Positions 45,523 through 52,475 of a DNA stretch of 52,475 nucleotides are shown here, piece after piece (within the stretch, counting starts at the first letter, position 1; each line of letters starts with the position of its first letter). The DNA lies in IMG/VR virus record IMGVR_UViG_3300008266_000146, positions 1-52,475 of that record, one strand, 5' to 3'. The position numbers and the translations under genes were made by a program. This DNA comes from a virus (lineage: Duplodnaviria > Caudoviricetes). A model generated the notes under the pieces. The model had not been told where the DNA came from, ran no database searches, and worked only from the letters and a program-made list of their open reading frames with translations.

Positions 45523-46575
45523 TTACCGAACCCGGCCCTCTTTCAGCGCTTCGTTGAGGATCGCTTCCTGCTGCACCACCTGTTCGGGTGTGTACCTGCC
45601 TGCGGCGACGTCCGCATAGAAGCGGCTGATTTCAGCCGGCTTGATGATGGGCTTCTCAGCGGAGGCATATGCCTGCGCAGACTGGGCTCGTCCGGGTGCC
45701 GCCAGCGATGCCATGTCCACCTTGCCATCGGGGGCCGGTGACGTGGCTGCCTTGTGGGCGGGGGCCACAGACGCCTCGCGAGTAACGAAGCCGTTGAAGA
45801 TCGCCTTCGTGCGCGCCACATTGAGCTGCTTGAAAGCGTCGTCCAATAGGTCAAAACGAATAGCACCAGAAAATGGGTCTGGCAAGCCCAGCCACGAAAG
45901 AAATTCGCGGTCCTCATTCAGAGCCCGCCAATTCGGCAGCTGGCTGTCCATTTCGCGGAAGAACTGCTCACGCGTGATGGCGTCGCCGGTCTGCTTGGTG
46001 GCGGCGACGGTCGCGCCCATCTCGGCGATCTTGCGCTCGAACTCCGCGCGGATCGGCTCGACGATCTGCTGCGCCCGGCGGCCGACAACGTCAAGGAACT
46101 CCGTCCCGAAGGTCTCGACTTCGTCCTCCGAAAACTCTGGCACGGCGACTGACGCCGGAGCGGAAACGCGTGCCTGTCGAAGCGCGGTCAGCTCGGCGCT
46201 CAGCGCGCGTTCGTTGGCGCGCGACGCATGCAGCTCGCCGCGCAGCGTCTCGACCGTTTCGGTCAGCTGGCGGATGCGGCCATCGAGAGAACGGTCGCGG
46301 TGGCGTTCGCGCTCGCGTTCCCGCTCGGCTTTGGCCTCCTGCTGGGCGCGGGCGTCCTGCGACGGCTGCTGGCCCTGCTCGTCCTGCTGGCCCTGCTCGT
46401 CCTGCGGCGGCTGCGCGTCCTGCGGCTGCTGGTCCTGCTGGTCGGTGACGAGCGTGCCTTCGGGAGTGTAGTGCTGCTTCTGAAGCTGCTCGGCGCGCTC
46501 CATCTGCTTGCGGACAGCGGCGGGCAGGACGACGTTGGGATCGTTGTGTGGTACGGCGGTATTTGCGTCGGTCAT
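45523..46575 (-). CDS. Scaffolding protein
   Basis: Acidic/Gln-rich N-terminus, coiled coil, directly upstream of capsid; probable start MTDANT with GAGGA RBS. Confidence 0.7.
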   Translation of the reverse strand: MTDANTAVPHNDPNVVLPAAVRKQMERAEQLQKQHYTPEGTLVTDQQDQQPQDAQPPQDEQGQQDEQGQQPSQDARAQQEAKAERERERERHRDRSLDGRIRQLTETVETLRGELHASRANERALSAELTALRQARVSAPASVAVPEFSEDEVETFGTEFLDVVGRRAQQIVEPIRAEFERKIAEMGATVAATKQTGDAITREQFFREMDSQLPNWRALNEDREFLSWLGLPDPFSGAIRFDLLDDAFKQLNVARTKAIFNGFVTREASVAPAHKAATSPAPDGKVDMASLAAPGRAQSAQAYASAEKPIIKPAEISRFYADVAAGRYTPEQVVQQEAILNEALKEGRVR

Positions 46576-46603
46576 GTGGTGTGGTCCTCTGGTGGTTAGT
46601 GAC

Positions 46604-46638
46604 AAAAAGGGCACCGCCGCTGTCCGCGAGGGTGCCCC
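46604..46638 (-). terminator. Rho-independent terminator
   Basis: On the - strand, a GGGCACC...GGTGCCC stem followed by TTTTT. Confidence 0.7.
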
Positions 46639-46661
46639 TGTACTCAGCACTGACGCGGCGG

Positions 46662-47081
46662 TTACAGGCCGCGAATGGTGACAGCCGGGGTTCCGACGTT
46701 GGTCACGATGGCGAGATACCGTCGCGACGTGCCCGTGGCGATGGTCGTCGTGCCGGCGAGCGTGATGCCCGTACCGATTGCCATCGTGATCGTGCCCGAC
46801 TTCGTGTTGATGATCTCGAACGTGAAGGCGTCACCGACCTCGCAGTCCGGCATGGCGTTGATGATGGCCGTGGCCGTCGGGAACACGTCGGTCGACGTCG
46901 CGCCGGCCGAACGCAGGATGAACCCGCCGAGCAGCTGCGCGGCCGTCAGCGTGACGTTGCCGTCCGTGGCGTCTGCGGCGTACTTGCGGCCAGCGAGGGT
47001 CGCGACAGCCGAGAAGAGCTTCTTCAGAAACTCGGGGATACGAGCGCTGTCGACGCTCTGCGAAAACTGTTTCAGCGCCAT
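46662..47081 (-). CDS. Virion structural protein (decoration-like, Thr/Ala-rich beta protein)
   Basis: VTLTAAQLLGG...FPTA..I...GD.F.F.IIN pattern; AGGAG RBS; followed by a terminator. Confidence 0.55.
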   Translation of the reverse strand: MALKQFSQSVDSARIPEFLKKLFSAVATLAGRKYAADATDGNVTLTAAQLLGGFILRSAGATSTDVFPTATAIINAMPDCEVGDAFTFEIINTKSGTITMAIGTGITLAGTTTIATGTSRRYLAIVTNVGTPAVTIRGL

Positions 47082-47091
47082 GTTCGATCTC

Positions 47092-47364
47092 CTAGATGTT
47101 CGCCTTGGCAGACTGCTTCTGCCTCAGGGCGATGATGTTGCGCCCATCTTCTCTACACGACGCCAACTGTTTGCACAACTGCACCATGCACTGCGCCTGC
47201 CCCTGCATGACCTGCATCTTGTCAGCCGGGGCGTCGACGAGCGCATCGGACAACGCCCGCGCCCGCGCCTGCATGGCCTCCGTGAACTGACGCCAGACAT
47301 CCGAGTTGACCTCGGACAGACGCAACATCGCCAGCGTCAGCTCTTCGGTTACCTGCTTGCTCAC
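47092..47364 (-). CDS. Hypothetical helical protein (portal-scaffold interval)
   Basis: W..F...........LV.......MQGQAQ pattern; GTGA overlap with the upstream gene. Confidence 0.65.
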   Translation of the reverse strand: MSKQVTEELTLAMLRLSEVNSDVWRQFTEAMQARARALSDALVDAPADKMQVMQGQAQCMVQLCKQLASCREDGRNIIALRQKQSAKANI

Positions 47365-47558
47365 GGGCGCGGACCCATGAGCGCCATCTGCGGCACGGAC
47401 GGGCTGTCCTCCATGGACGGCGTTGCCTTGCCATAGTGCCCCATCGACCGCTGCGCCGGGTCACCCCGCGTCAGGGTGTTCAAGGCTCCACGATGCGGCA
47501 GTATCTGCTGGCGCGTGCCCTTGCCTTTCAGCGTGATATAGGTCGGGTGTTTCGCCAT
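47361..47558 (-). CDS. Small basic protein
   Basis: GGAG RBS; coupled to its neighbours. Confidence 0.6.
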   Translation of the reverse strand: MAKHPTYITLKGKGTRQQILPHRGALNTLTRGDPAQRSMGHYGKATPSMEDSPSVPQMALMGPRP

Positions 47559-47559
47559 C

Positions 47560-47760
47560 CTACGATCTCCCAGTCATTCCGGTTCGGCCGAAAGAAATGT
47601 TGCCGTACTGCTTGGCGTCGTACGGCGCTTCGGTAGATTTCGCGTAGTTCGACGAGCGCTGTTTCGGCGCGTTGAGCTTCGTCGTCACCTGCTTGGTCTT
47701 GGGCACTGACGGCCTGAGCCGCGACACCGAAGACGTCGATACGACTTTGTTGTTGGCCAT
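47560..47760 (-). CDS. Small basic protein
   Basis: Strong AAGGAGG RBS. Confidence 0.65.
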   Translation of the reverse strand: MANNKVVSTSSVSRLRPSVPKTKQVTTKLNAPKQRSSNYAKSTEAPYDAKQYGNISFGRTGMTGRS

Positions 47761-47795
47761 ACCGACCTCCTTGGTGTCGCGGTTACTCGCGGGAG

Positions 47796-47978
47796 TTACT
47801 TCCCGCGCTTGCCCGCCATGAAGCCCTTGGCGAACAGGTTGCCCTTGTTGACCTTGTCGAGGGCCTTCTTGTCCGCTGCACGGTCCGCCTTGGAGCCCTC
47901 CTTCGGAGCGCCCTTGCGGCTATCCATGCGCTTGTCGATGGCCGAGCGCTCGAACTGCTTGGGGGTCATCTTCGCCAT
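47796..47978 (-). CDS. Small Lys-rich protein (MAKMTPKQFERS...)
   Basis: TGATG coupling with the upstream gene; stop inside the box at 47782; 3' end of ORF 47796..48575. Confidence 0.6.
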   Translation of the reverse strand: MAKMTPKQFERSAIDKRMDSRKGAPKEGSKADRAADKKALDKVNKGNLFAKGFMAGKRGK

Positions 47979-48205
47979 CACTGACCCGCCTTCGCCGAGT
48001 GGCCCGCGCGAGCGGTGCCGGCCGAGCCCTTGCCGAACATCTTGGTCGTGCCGCCGGACACGAACTTGCCGCCCGAGCCGCCGTTGTCGCTCTTGGCGGT
48101 GTGACCCGCCTTGGCGGTCGCTGCGCCGCCCTTGCCGAACATCTTGCCGGAACCGCCGGACATGAACTTTCCTCCGCCGGAGGATTTGCTGTTGACCTTC
48201 GCCAT
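47978..48205 (-). CDS. Small Gly/Lys-rich protein with an internal duplication
   Basis: GGKF.SGG..KMFGKG.A.TA.AGH.AK occurs twice; AGGAGG RBS. Confidence 0.7.
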   Translation of the reverse strand: MAKVNSKSSGGGKFMSGGSGKMFGKGGAATAKAGHTAKSDNGGSGGKFVSGGTTKMFGKGSAGTARAGHSAKAGQ

Positions 48206-48222
48206 ACCAATGGCCTCCTGCG

Positions 48223-50310
48223 CTATTGGGAACCACCGGAGATGTTGGTGCGCGGGCCAACGTCCCCAGATGCTTGGCCGCCCTGCGGCGTCTGACCGCC
48301 TTGGGCATCTGCTGCCTTCTCGCCGAGGCCGGCGTGGCCCGGTATGTTCTGCTGCGCGGCTTTGGCAGCTGCTGCCTTCTGCTGCGTCTCCAACTCGTCT
48401 TCCGACGGCACCACCTGAGCGCCGGAAATGCCGATGGTATCTGCCACCGACCGGAGCACCGTGGCTCGCCCCTTCGGACCCATGATCTGGGCATCCATCG
48501 GGTTGGCCGTGATGCCAAGGAACTCAAGTTGGCGAGCACGCTGCGTTTCCCGCTGCACTGCCACCTGCACGCCAAGAATGCGGACTTTCTCGTCGCCAGT
48601 CAACATCCCTGTTTCGTCGGTCATCATGATCATGTCGTAGAGCCCCATCAGGGCGGGCTCGTAGACATCGCGGTCGATGTTGGCGCAGACCGTCTGAAGC
48701 ATCTTGGACGCGTTGCCCATGAGCATGGCGAGGCCGGACGCGGTGCGCCCAGCGCCGGAGCCGGCAGCGCCGCCGGCCAGATACTTCGGGATGGCCGACA
48801 GGTCATCTGCGATGGCCATCATCTCCTTGTAGACGCCAAGGTGCTCGTGCGCGTTCGACTGCGGCTGGAAGAACTCGACCGGCTTCTGGGTCGAGTTGGT
48901 CAGCGGGTCATTGGTGACGTGCCAGCGCTTCCACGGGTACATCTCGTCGGCGTCGGCCCCGATGGCGATGCGGTCATCGTTCACGACCACCTGCGGGCCG
49001 GACGACATGGACAAGTTGTTGGCCAGCGAGCGGAGCGAGGCGTTGGCCATCTCCTGCACGTCGGCGAGGATGTCCGGCAAGGCGTTGCCCACTGGCGTTC
49101 CGGGCACCTTCTCGAACGACGTGATGTAGTAGGGGTGGCGCTTGCGCGGGCTCGGCGACAGCTGAACCTTCAGCACATGGCGGTCGATGATCCACGCCTG
49201 CACCATGTAGTCGCGCAGCGGGTCGGTCACGCCGGGTAGGTTATACCCGGCCAGCATGCTGCCCTGCACGTTGCCGTGGAACTCCAACATGGAGATCAGG
49301 CCGGAGCGGTTGAGGTGCGGGTTCTCGCGGCGCTCAAGGATCGCACGCGCGGCGTCGGTCTGGTCCCAGTTGTCGTACAGGCCGCCCGAGCCGTAGTCGG
49401 CGAGGCACTGGCGCACTGCTTCGGTGTTGTAGCCGGGGATGTCCAGCAGGTCGTTGAGATCGGCACGGGTGACGCGCGAGCGCTCGATGATCTCCGCGTC
49501 CTCGATGCGCGAGATGCCGGGCGTCCAGAACAGGTCGAACGGCGACACGCGCGACCAGATGAGGCGCGGCACATTGGTGATGACCGGCTGTCCCTGCTTC
49601 CACTTCACCGTCTGCACGATGCGGACTGTCGGCCCTTTGAGGCACGCGAACGGGAACAGCGGCAGGTCTTGGATGAACTCGCTGATCGCCCGGTAGAAGT
49701 CACCCTCGTTGAGGATTTCGTCGATCTTGTCCTGCGCAACCTTGGCCTGATCCTTGGCCCGCTTCTTGGAAGCGTCGCGAGCCGCCTTCATCAGCCCGAA
49801 GATGCGGTCGCGGATCATCGTGGGGTCGACGGGCATCCCCTGCTGCTGAAGCGCCGCCATTTCGGAGTTGGCCAGCGAGATGATGGCCTGCACGATGTTC
49901 GGCGGCACATCCGGGTCGGGAGCCGGGTCGATGCCCCATGCCCGCTCGTTCGTCAGGTAGACGTCTCGCAGCAGCGACGACGCGCCACGGCACTTCATGG
50001 CGGTCATGCGGGCGTAGATTTCGGAGCCGCCGAACTGCCGGACCTCCGCGAGCTTCTGCGGGTCGTACTCGCCGTTGAACGCCCGCATGGCGGCGAGCAG
50101 GCGGTGGTCCCAGCCCGACTGGGTGTTGGCGCGGTGAACGCGCATGACGTCGTAGCGCGACCGGATATAGCCCACCAGACCCTGAAGCTGCGCACTTCGC
50201 GCCGCCTCGTCTGCGTCCCGTTTGACCTTGCGCTCTTCCTCTTCGCGAGCCGCTAGCTGCGAATTGCTCGCTATACGAATGACGCCGCGCTGTGGGAGAG
50301 TGTTGGACAT
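48223..50310 (-). CDS. Portal protein
   Basis: 695 aa, first gene of the structural operon; RVSPFDLFW.P, GNALPD.L.D.Q, RTASGL.MLM podoviral portal-like motifs. Confidence 0.8.
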   Translation of the reverse strand: MSNTLPQRGVIRIASNSQLAAREEEERKVKRDADEAARSAQLQGLVGYIRSRYDVMRVHRANTQSGWDHRLLAAMRAFNGEYDPQKLAEVRQFGGSEIYARMTAMKCRGASSLLRDVYLTNERAWGIDPAPDPDVPPNIVQAIISLANSEMAALQQQGMPVDPTMIRDRIFGLMKAARDASKKRAKDQAKVAQDKIDEILNEGDFYRAISEFIQDLPLFPFACLKGPTVRIVQTVKWKQGQPVITNVPRLIWSRVSPFDLFWTPGISRIEDAEIIERSRVTRADLNDLLDIPGYNTEAVRQCLADYGSGGLYDNWDQTDAARAILERRENPHLNRSGLISMLEFHGNVQGSMLAGYNLPGVTDPLRDYMVQAWIIDRHVLKVQLSPSPRKRHPYYITSFEKVPGTPVGNALPDILADVQEMANASLRSLANNLSMSSGPQVVVNDDRIAIGADADEMYPWKRWHVTNDPLTNSTQKPVEFFQPQSNAHEHLGVYKEMMAIADDLSAIPKYLAGGAAGSGAGRTASGLAMLMGNASKMLQTVCANIDRDVYEPALMGLYDMIMMTDETGMLTGDEKVRILGVQVAVQRETQRARQLEFLGITANPMDAQIMGPKGRATVLRSVADTIGISGAQVVPSEDELETQQKAAAAKAAQQNIPGHAGLGEKAADAQGGQTPQGGQASGDVGPRTNISGGSQ

Positions 50311-50361
50311 GGCGGTTGTTTACCGTATATTCCGATGCCTTGGCAATAGGGATCATACACC

Positions 50362-50859
50362 ATGGATAGCCCGCCTAACAAGCCCGCCACCGAAGTAACA
50401 TCAGACAAGCTCGACACGACCATGCTTCAACTGGCGCGTGAGATCGCCATGGACATCTACCCGTTGTCCGACATCCTGTCGAACGCAGGGGTGTCGCACG
50501 ACCAGTGGGAGGTGATCCAGCGCAGCCCGCGCTTCGTCGCCTACCTGAGCGCCAATGTCGCGGAATGGTCGAGCGCCAAGAACTCAAGCGAGCGGCTGAA
50601 GCTCAAGTCGGCCATCCTTCTGGAAGAATGGCTGCCGACGCTCAACAACGAGCTGCACGGCAAGGACGCGTCGCTCAATGCCAAGGTAGAGGCCGCCAAA
50701 CTGCTTGCCAAAGTCGCTGGCGTCGACCGGATGCCCAGCGAAGGCGGCGACAGCTCCAACGGCTTTCAGGTCGTCATCAACCTCGGCGACCGCCGTATCG
50801 ACCACACGATTACTCTTCCGAGTAACCAGTATTCCACCGTAACCAATGAGCTTGACTGA
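50362..50859 (+). CDS. Putative terminase small subunit
   Basis: Helical protein with F.V.INLG near the C-terminus; TGATG-coupled to TerL. Confidence 0.6.
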   Translation: MDSPPNKPATEVTSDKLDTTMLQLAREIAMDIYPLSDILSNAGVSHDQWEVIQRSPRFVAYLSANVAEWSSAKNSSERLKLKSAILLEEWLPTLNNELHGKDASLNAKVEAAKLLAKVAGVDRMPSEGGDSSNGFQVVINLGDRRIDHTITLPSNQYSTVTNELD

Positions 50860-52301
50860 TGACCTCTGTTCGCTTCGACGCCCCACCCACCATTGCGCGG
50901 TTCATGTCATCCGAGGCGTTCGGCAGGCTCATCGCGGGGCCTGTAGGCTCCGCCAAGACCACCGGCTGCATCTTTGAGCTGTTCCGACGCGCCGCCGAGC
51001 AGATCAAGGCCCCTGACGGCTACCGCTACACCCGGTTCGCCATCGTCCGCCAGACGCTGAAGCAGCTCAAGGACACCGTCCTCAAGGACATTCTGGCGTG
51101 GCTCGGCCAGATCAGCACCTACAAGGTCTCCGACAACACCATCTACATCGAGGCCGGCGACATCCGGTCGGAATGGCTCCTGATCCCGCTCGACGACCCC
51201 GAGGACCAGCGCCGGTTGCTGTCCATGCAGCTCACAGGCGCGTGGATGTCGGAGTGCATCGAGATGGACATCCAGATCATCGACCCGCTCTCCGGCCGTC
51301 TTGGACGCTACCCGTCGGCAGCGCAAGGTGGTGCATCGTGGTTCGGGCTCATCGCGGATACCAACTTCCCGACGGAGGGTTCCGACTGGCACAAGTTCAT
51401 GGAGAACCCGCCCAAGGACTGGCAAATCTTCAAGCAGCCGGGTGGCATGGCCGACAACGCCGAGAACCTGAACTGGCTGACACAGACGCCGGAGACCCTG
51501 AAGCTCCCGATCAACCACCCGGAGCGCATCGCACAGGGCCGCAAATACTACGAGCGCATGACCGAAAACAGCTCACCGGACTGGGTGCGCCGCTACGTCC
51601 ACGCGCAGTACGGCGCTGACCCGTCTGGCACCGTCGTGTTCCGCGACAGCTTCAGCATGTCGAAGCACGTCGTCGACGAGATCATCCCGCTGTCGACCAT
51701 GCCGCTCTACATCGGACAGGACTTCGGTCGCGACCCCTGCTCGATCATCGTCCAGCCCGACCATCGCGGCTGTCTGCTGGTTCTGGAAGAAGTCATCGCG
51801 AAAGACGTTGGCCTTGAGGTGCATGTGCGCACTTCGCTGAAGCCGGCCCTCAAGCAGGAGCGTTACCTCGGCAGGGGGACGGCGGTCATCGGAGACCCAT
51901 CAGGCGCGGCGCGCGGGTCCATCTTTGAAGAGACCACGTTCGACTTCATGAAGAACGCCGGTTTCTCCGCCTTCCCCGCCCCCACCAACGACATCGAGCC
52001 CCGTATCCGGGCCGTGGAGGGGTGGTTGATGTCCATGGTCAACGGCGAGCCGGCGGTGAAGATCGACCGTAAGCGGTGCCCGACGCTCATTCAGGCGCTG
52101 TCGATTGGCTACCGCTACTCCAAGCTGCGTTCGGGGCAGACCAAGCCCATGCCCGACAAGAACGAGTTCTCGCACATCATGGACGCGTTCCAGTACGCGT
52201 GCCTTGCAGCGGGCAGCGGGCTCCACGGCCATATCCAGAACCGTCTGACCCGTCGCCCTGCTGCACCGCCCCGGCGCTACTCGGCGGCGGGGTGGACCTG
52301 A
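50859..52301 (+). CDS. terL: Terminase large subunit
   Basis: Walker A GPVGSAKTT, Walker B WMSE, coupling motif DTN; RNase H-like nuclease GQDFG, GDPSG, SHIMDAFQY. Confidence 0.9.
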   Translation: MTSVRFDAPPTIARFMSSEAFGRLIAGPVGSAKTTGCIFELFRRAAEQIKAPDGYRYTRFAIVRQTLKQLKDTVLKDILAWLGQISTYKVSDNTIYIEAGDIRSEWLLIPLDDPEDQRRLLSMQLTGAWMSECIEMDIQIIDPLSGRLGRYPSAAQGGASWFGLIADTNFPTEGSDWHKFMENPPKDWQIFKQPGGMADNAENLNWLTQTPETLKLPINHPERIAQGRKYYERMTENSSPDWVRRYVHAQYGADPSGTVVFRDSFSMSKHVVDEIIPLSTMPLYIGQDFGRDPCSIIVQPDHRGCLLVLEEVIAKDVGLEVHVRTSLKPALKQERYLGRGTAVIGDPSGAARGSIFEETTFDFMKNAGFSAFPAPTNDIEPRIRAVEGWLMSMVNGEPAVKIDRKRCPTLIQALSIGYRYSKLRSGQTKPMPDKNEFSHIMDAFQYACLAAGSGLHGHIQNRLTRRPAAPPRRYSAAGWT

Positions 52302-52475
52302 TCGGTCAGCTTACGGATGGCAGTCGCCAGCGTATCCCTCTCTGCCGTAACGGCGGCGAGAGAGGCTTCGGCGGCGGCCAGACGCTCGGACAGCGATCCG
52401 TCCGGGGGTCCGTTCTGCTCGGCCTTTTGCTCGTCAAGCCAGCGTTGGACCTCGCCACCGCTCCACATTTTCCGC
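52277..52475 (-). CDS. Hypothetical coiled-coil protein, probably 5'-truncated by the window
   Basis: ORF 52277..52468 converges on terL; its frame is open to the window edge. Confidence 0.45.
   Translation of the reverse strand, partial: RKMWSGGEVQRWLDEQKAEQNGPPDGSLSERLAAAEASLAAVTAERDTLATAIRKLTDQVHPAAE

Larger units (their letters stand above)
715..50826. repeat. Dispersed bipartite palindromic box GTWACT-N5/6-AGTWAC (about 42 copies)
   Basis: Exact copies start at 715, 1244, 1742, 2329, 2593, 3719, 4204, 4818, 5605, 6054, 6975, 8589, 9563, 11926, 12304, 13618, 16982, 18519, 21424, 23874, 25713, 27438, 30046, 33406, 36134, 38691, 47782. Near-matches (mostly 1-2 mismatches) start at 2008, 6150, 6646, 7185, 7884, 10556, 11533, 14284, 15150, 15925, 20348, 22434, 41984, 43720, 50809. 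Counted by eye. Confidence 0.95.

Noticed and set aside
45775-45786. Isolated half boxes (also near 26418 and 28577)
   Set aside because: Only one arm matches, so they were not counted among the 42 copies.
715-50826. Box as a known host site (alphaproteobacterial LexA GTTC-N7-GTTC, CtrA TTAA-N7-TTAA, matS GTGAC-N3-GTCAC, GlnR GTNAC-N6-GTNAC)
   Set aside because: Half-site sequence or spacing does not match any of these as I recall them; a motif database search is still needed.
1-52475. Prophage or temperate assignment
   Set aside because: No integrase, att site, parA or flanking host genes were seen; lifestyle cannot be determined because part of the genome may lie outside the window.

Overview
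The window appears to hold most of the genome of a GC-rich tailed dsDNA phage with a podovirus-like structural module; the first and last ORFs are cut by the window edges. The + strand (1-21143) carries an early/accessory region of many small genes plus a MoxR-type AAA+ ATPase, an HExxH/vWA partner and a dNMP kinase, then a replication module (family A DNA polymerase, Cas4/AddB-like nuclease with a broken frame, VRR-NUC, SNF2 helicase, SSB-like protein, primase/DUF927 helicase). The - strand (50310-21147) carries portal, small basic proteins, scaffold, major capsid, adaptors, two tail fibres, lysis genes, tail tube/nozzle, a GNAT protein, three ejection proteins and an HNH nuclease. Terminase genes (50362-52301) are transcribed divergently from portal. 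I saw no integrase, RNA polymerase, tRNA or CRISPR array. Three unexplained signals stand out. (1) A bipartite palindromic box, GTWACT-N5/6-AGTWAC, which I counted by eye 42 times across the whole window. It lies inside essential genes (read as V-T-x-x-S-N) and at gene junctions, where it supplies a stop codon and often the RBS, so many early genes sit one per interval like cassettes. (2) A dispersed family of about 7 divergent small CxxC proteins with an LAKLF helix, plus a 17-aa micro-ORF consisting of little but that helix. (3) A second strand-specific motif, GCGCTATCA, with 9 copies confined to the first 12.5 kb. All protein calls come from motif recognition, not database searches.
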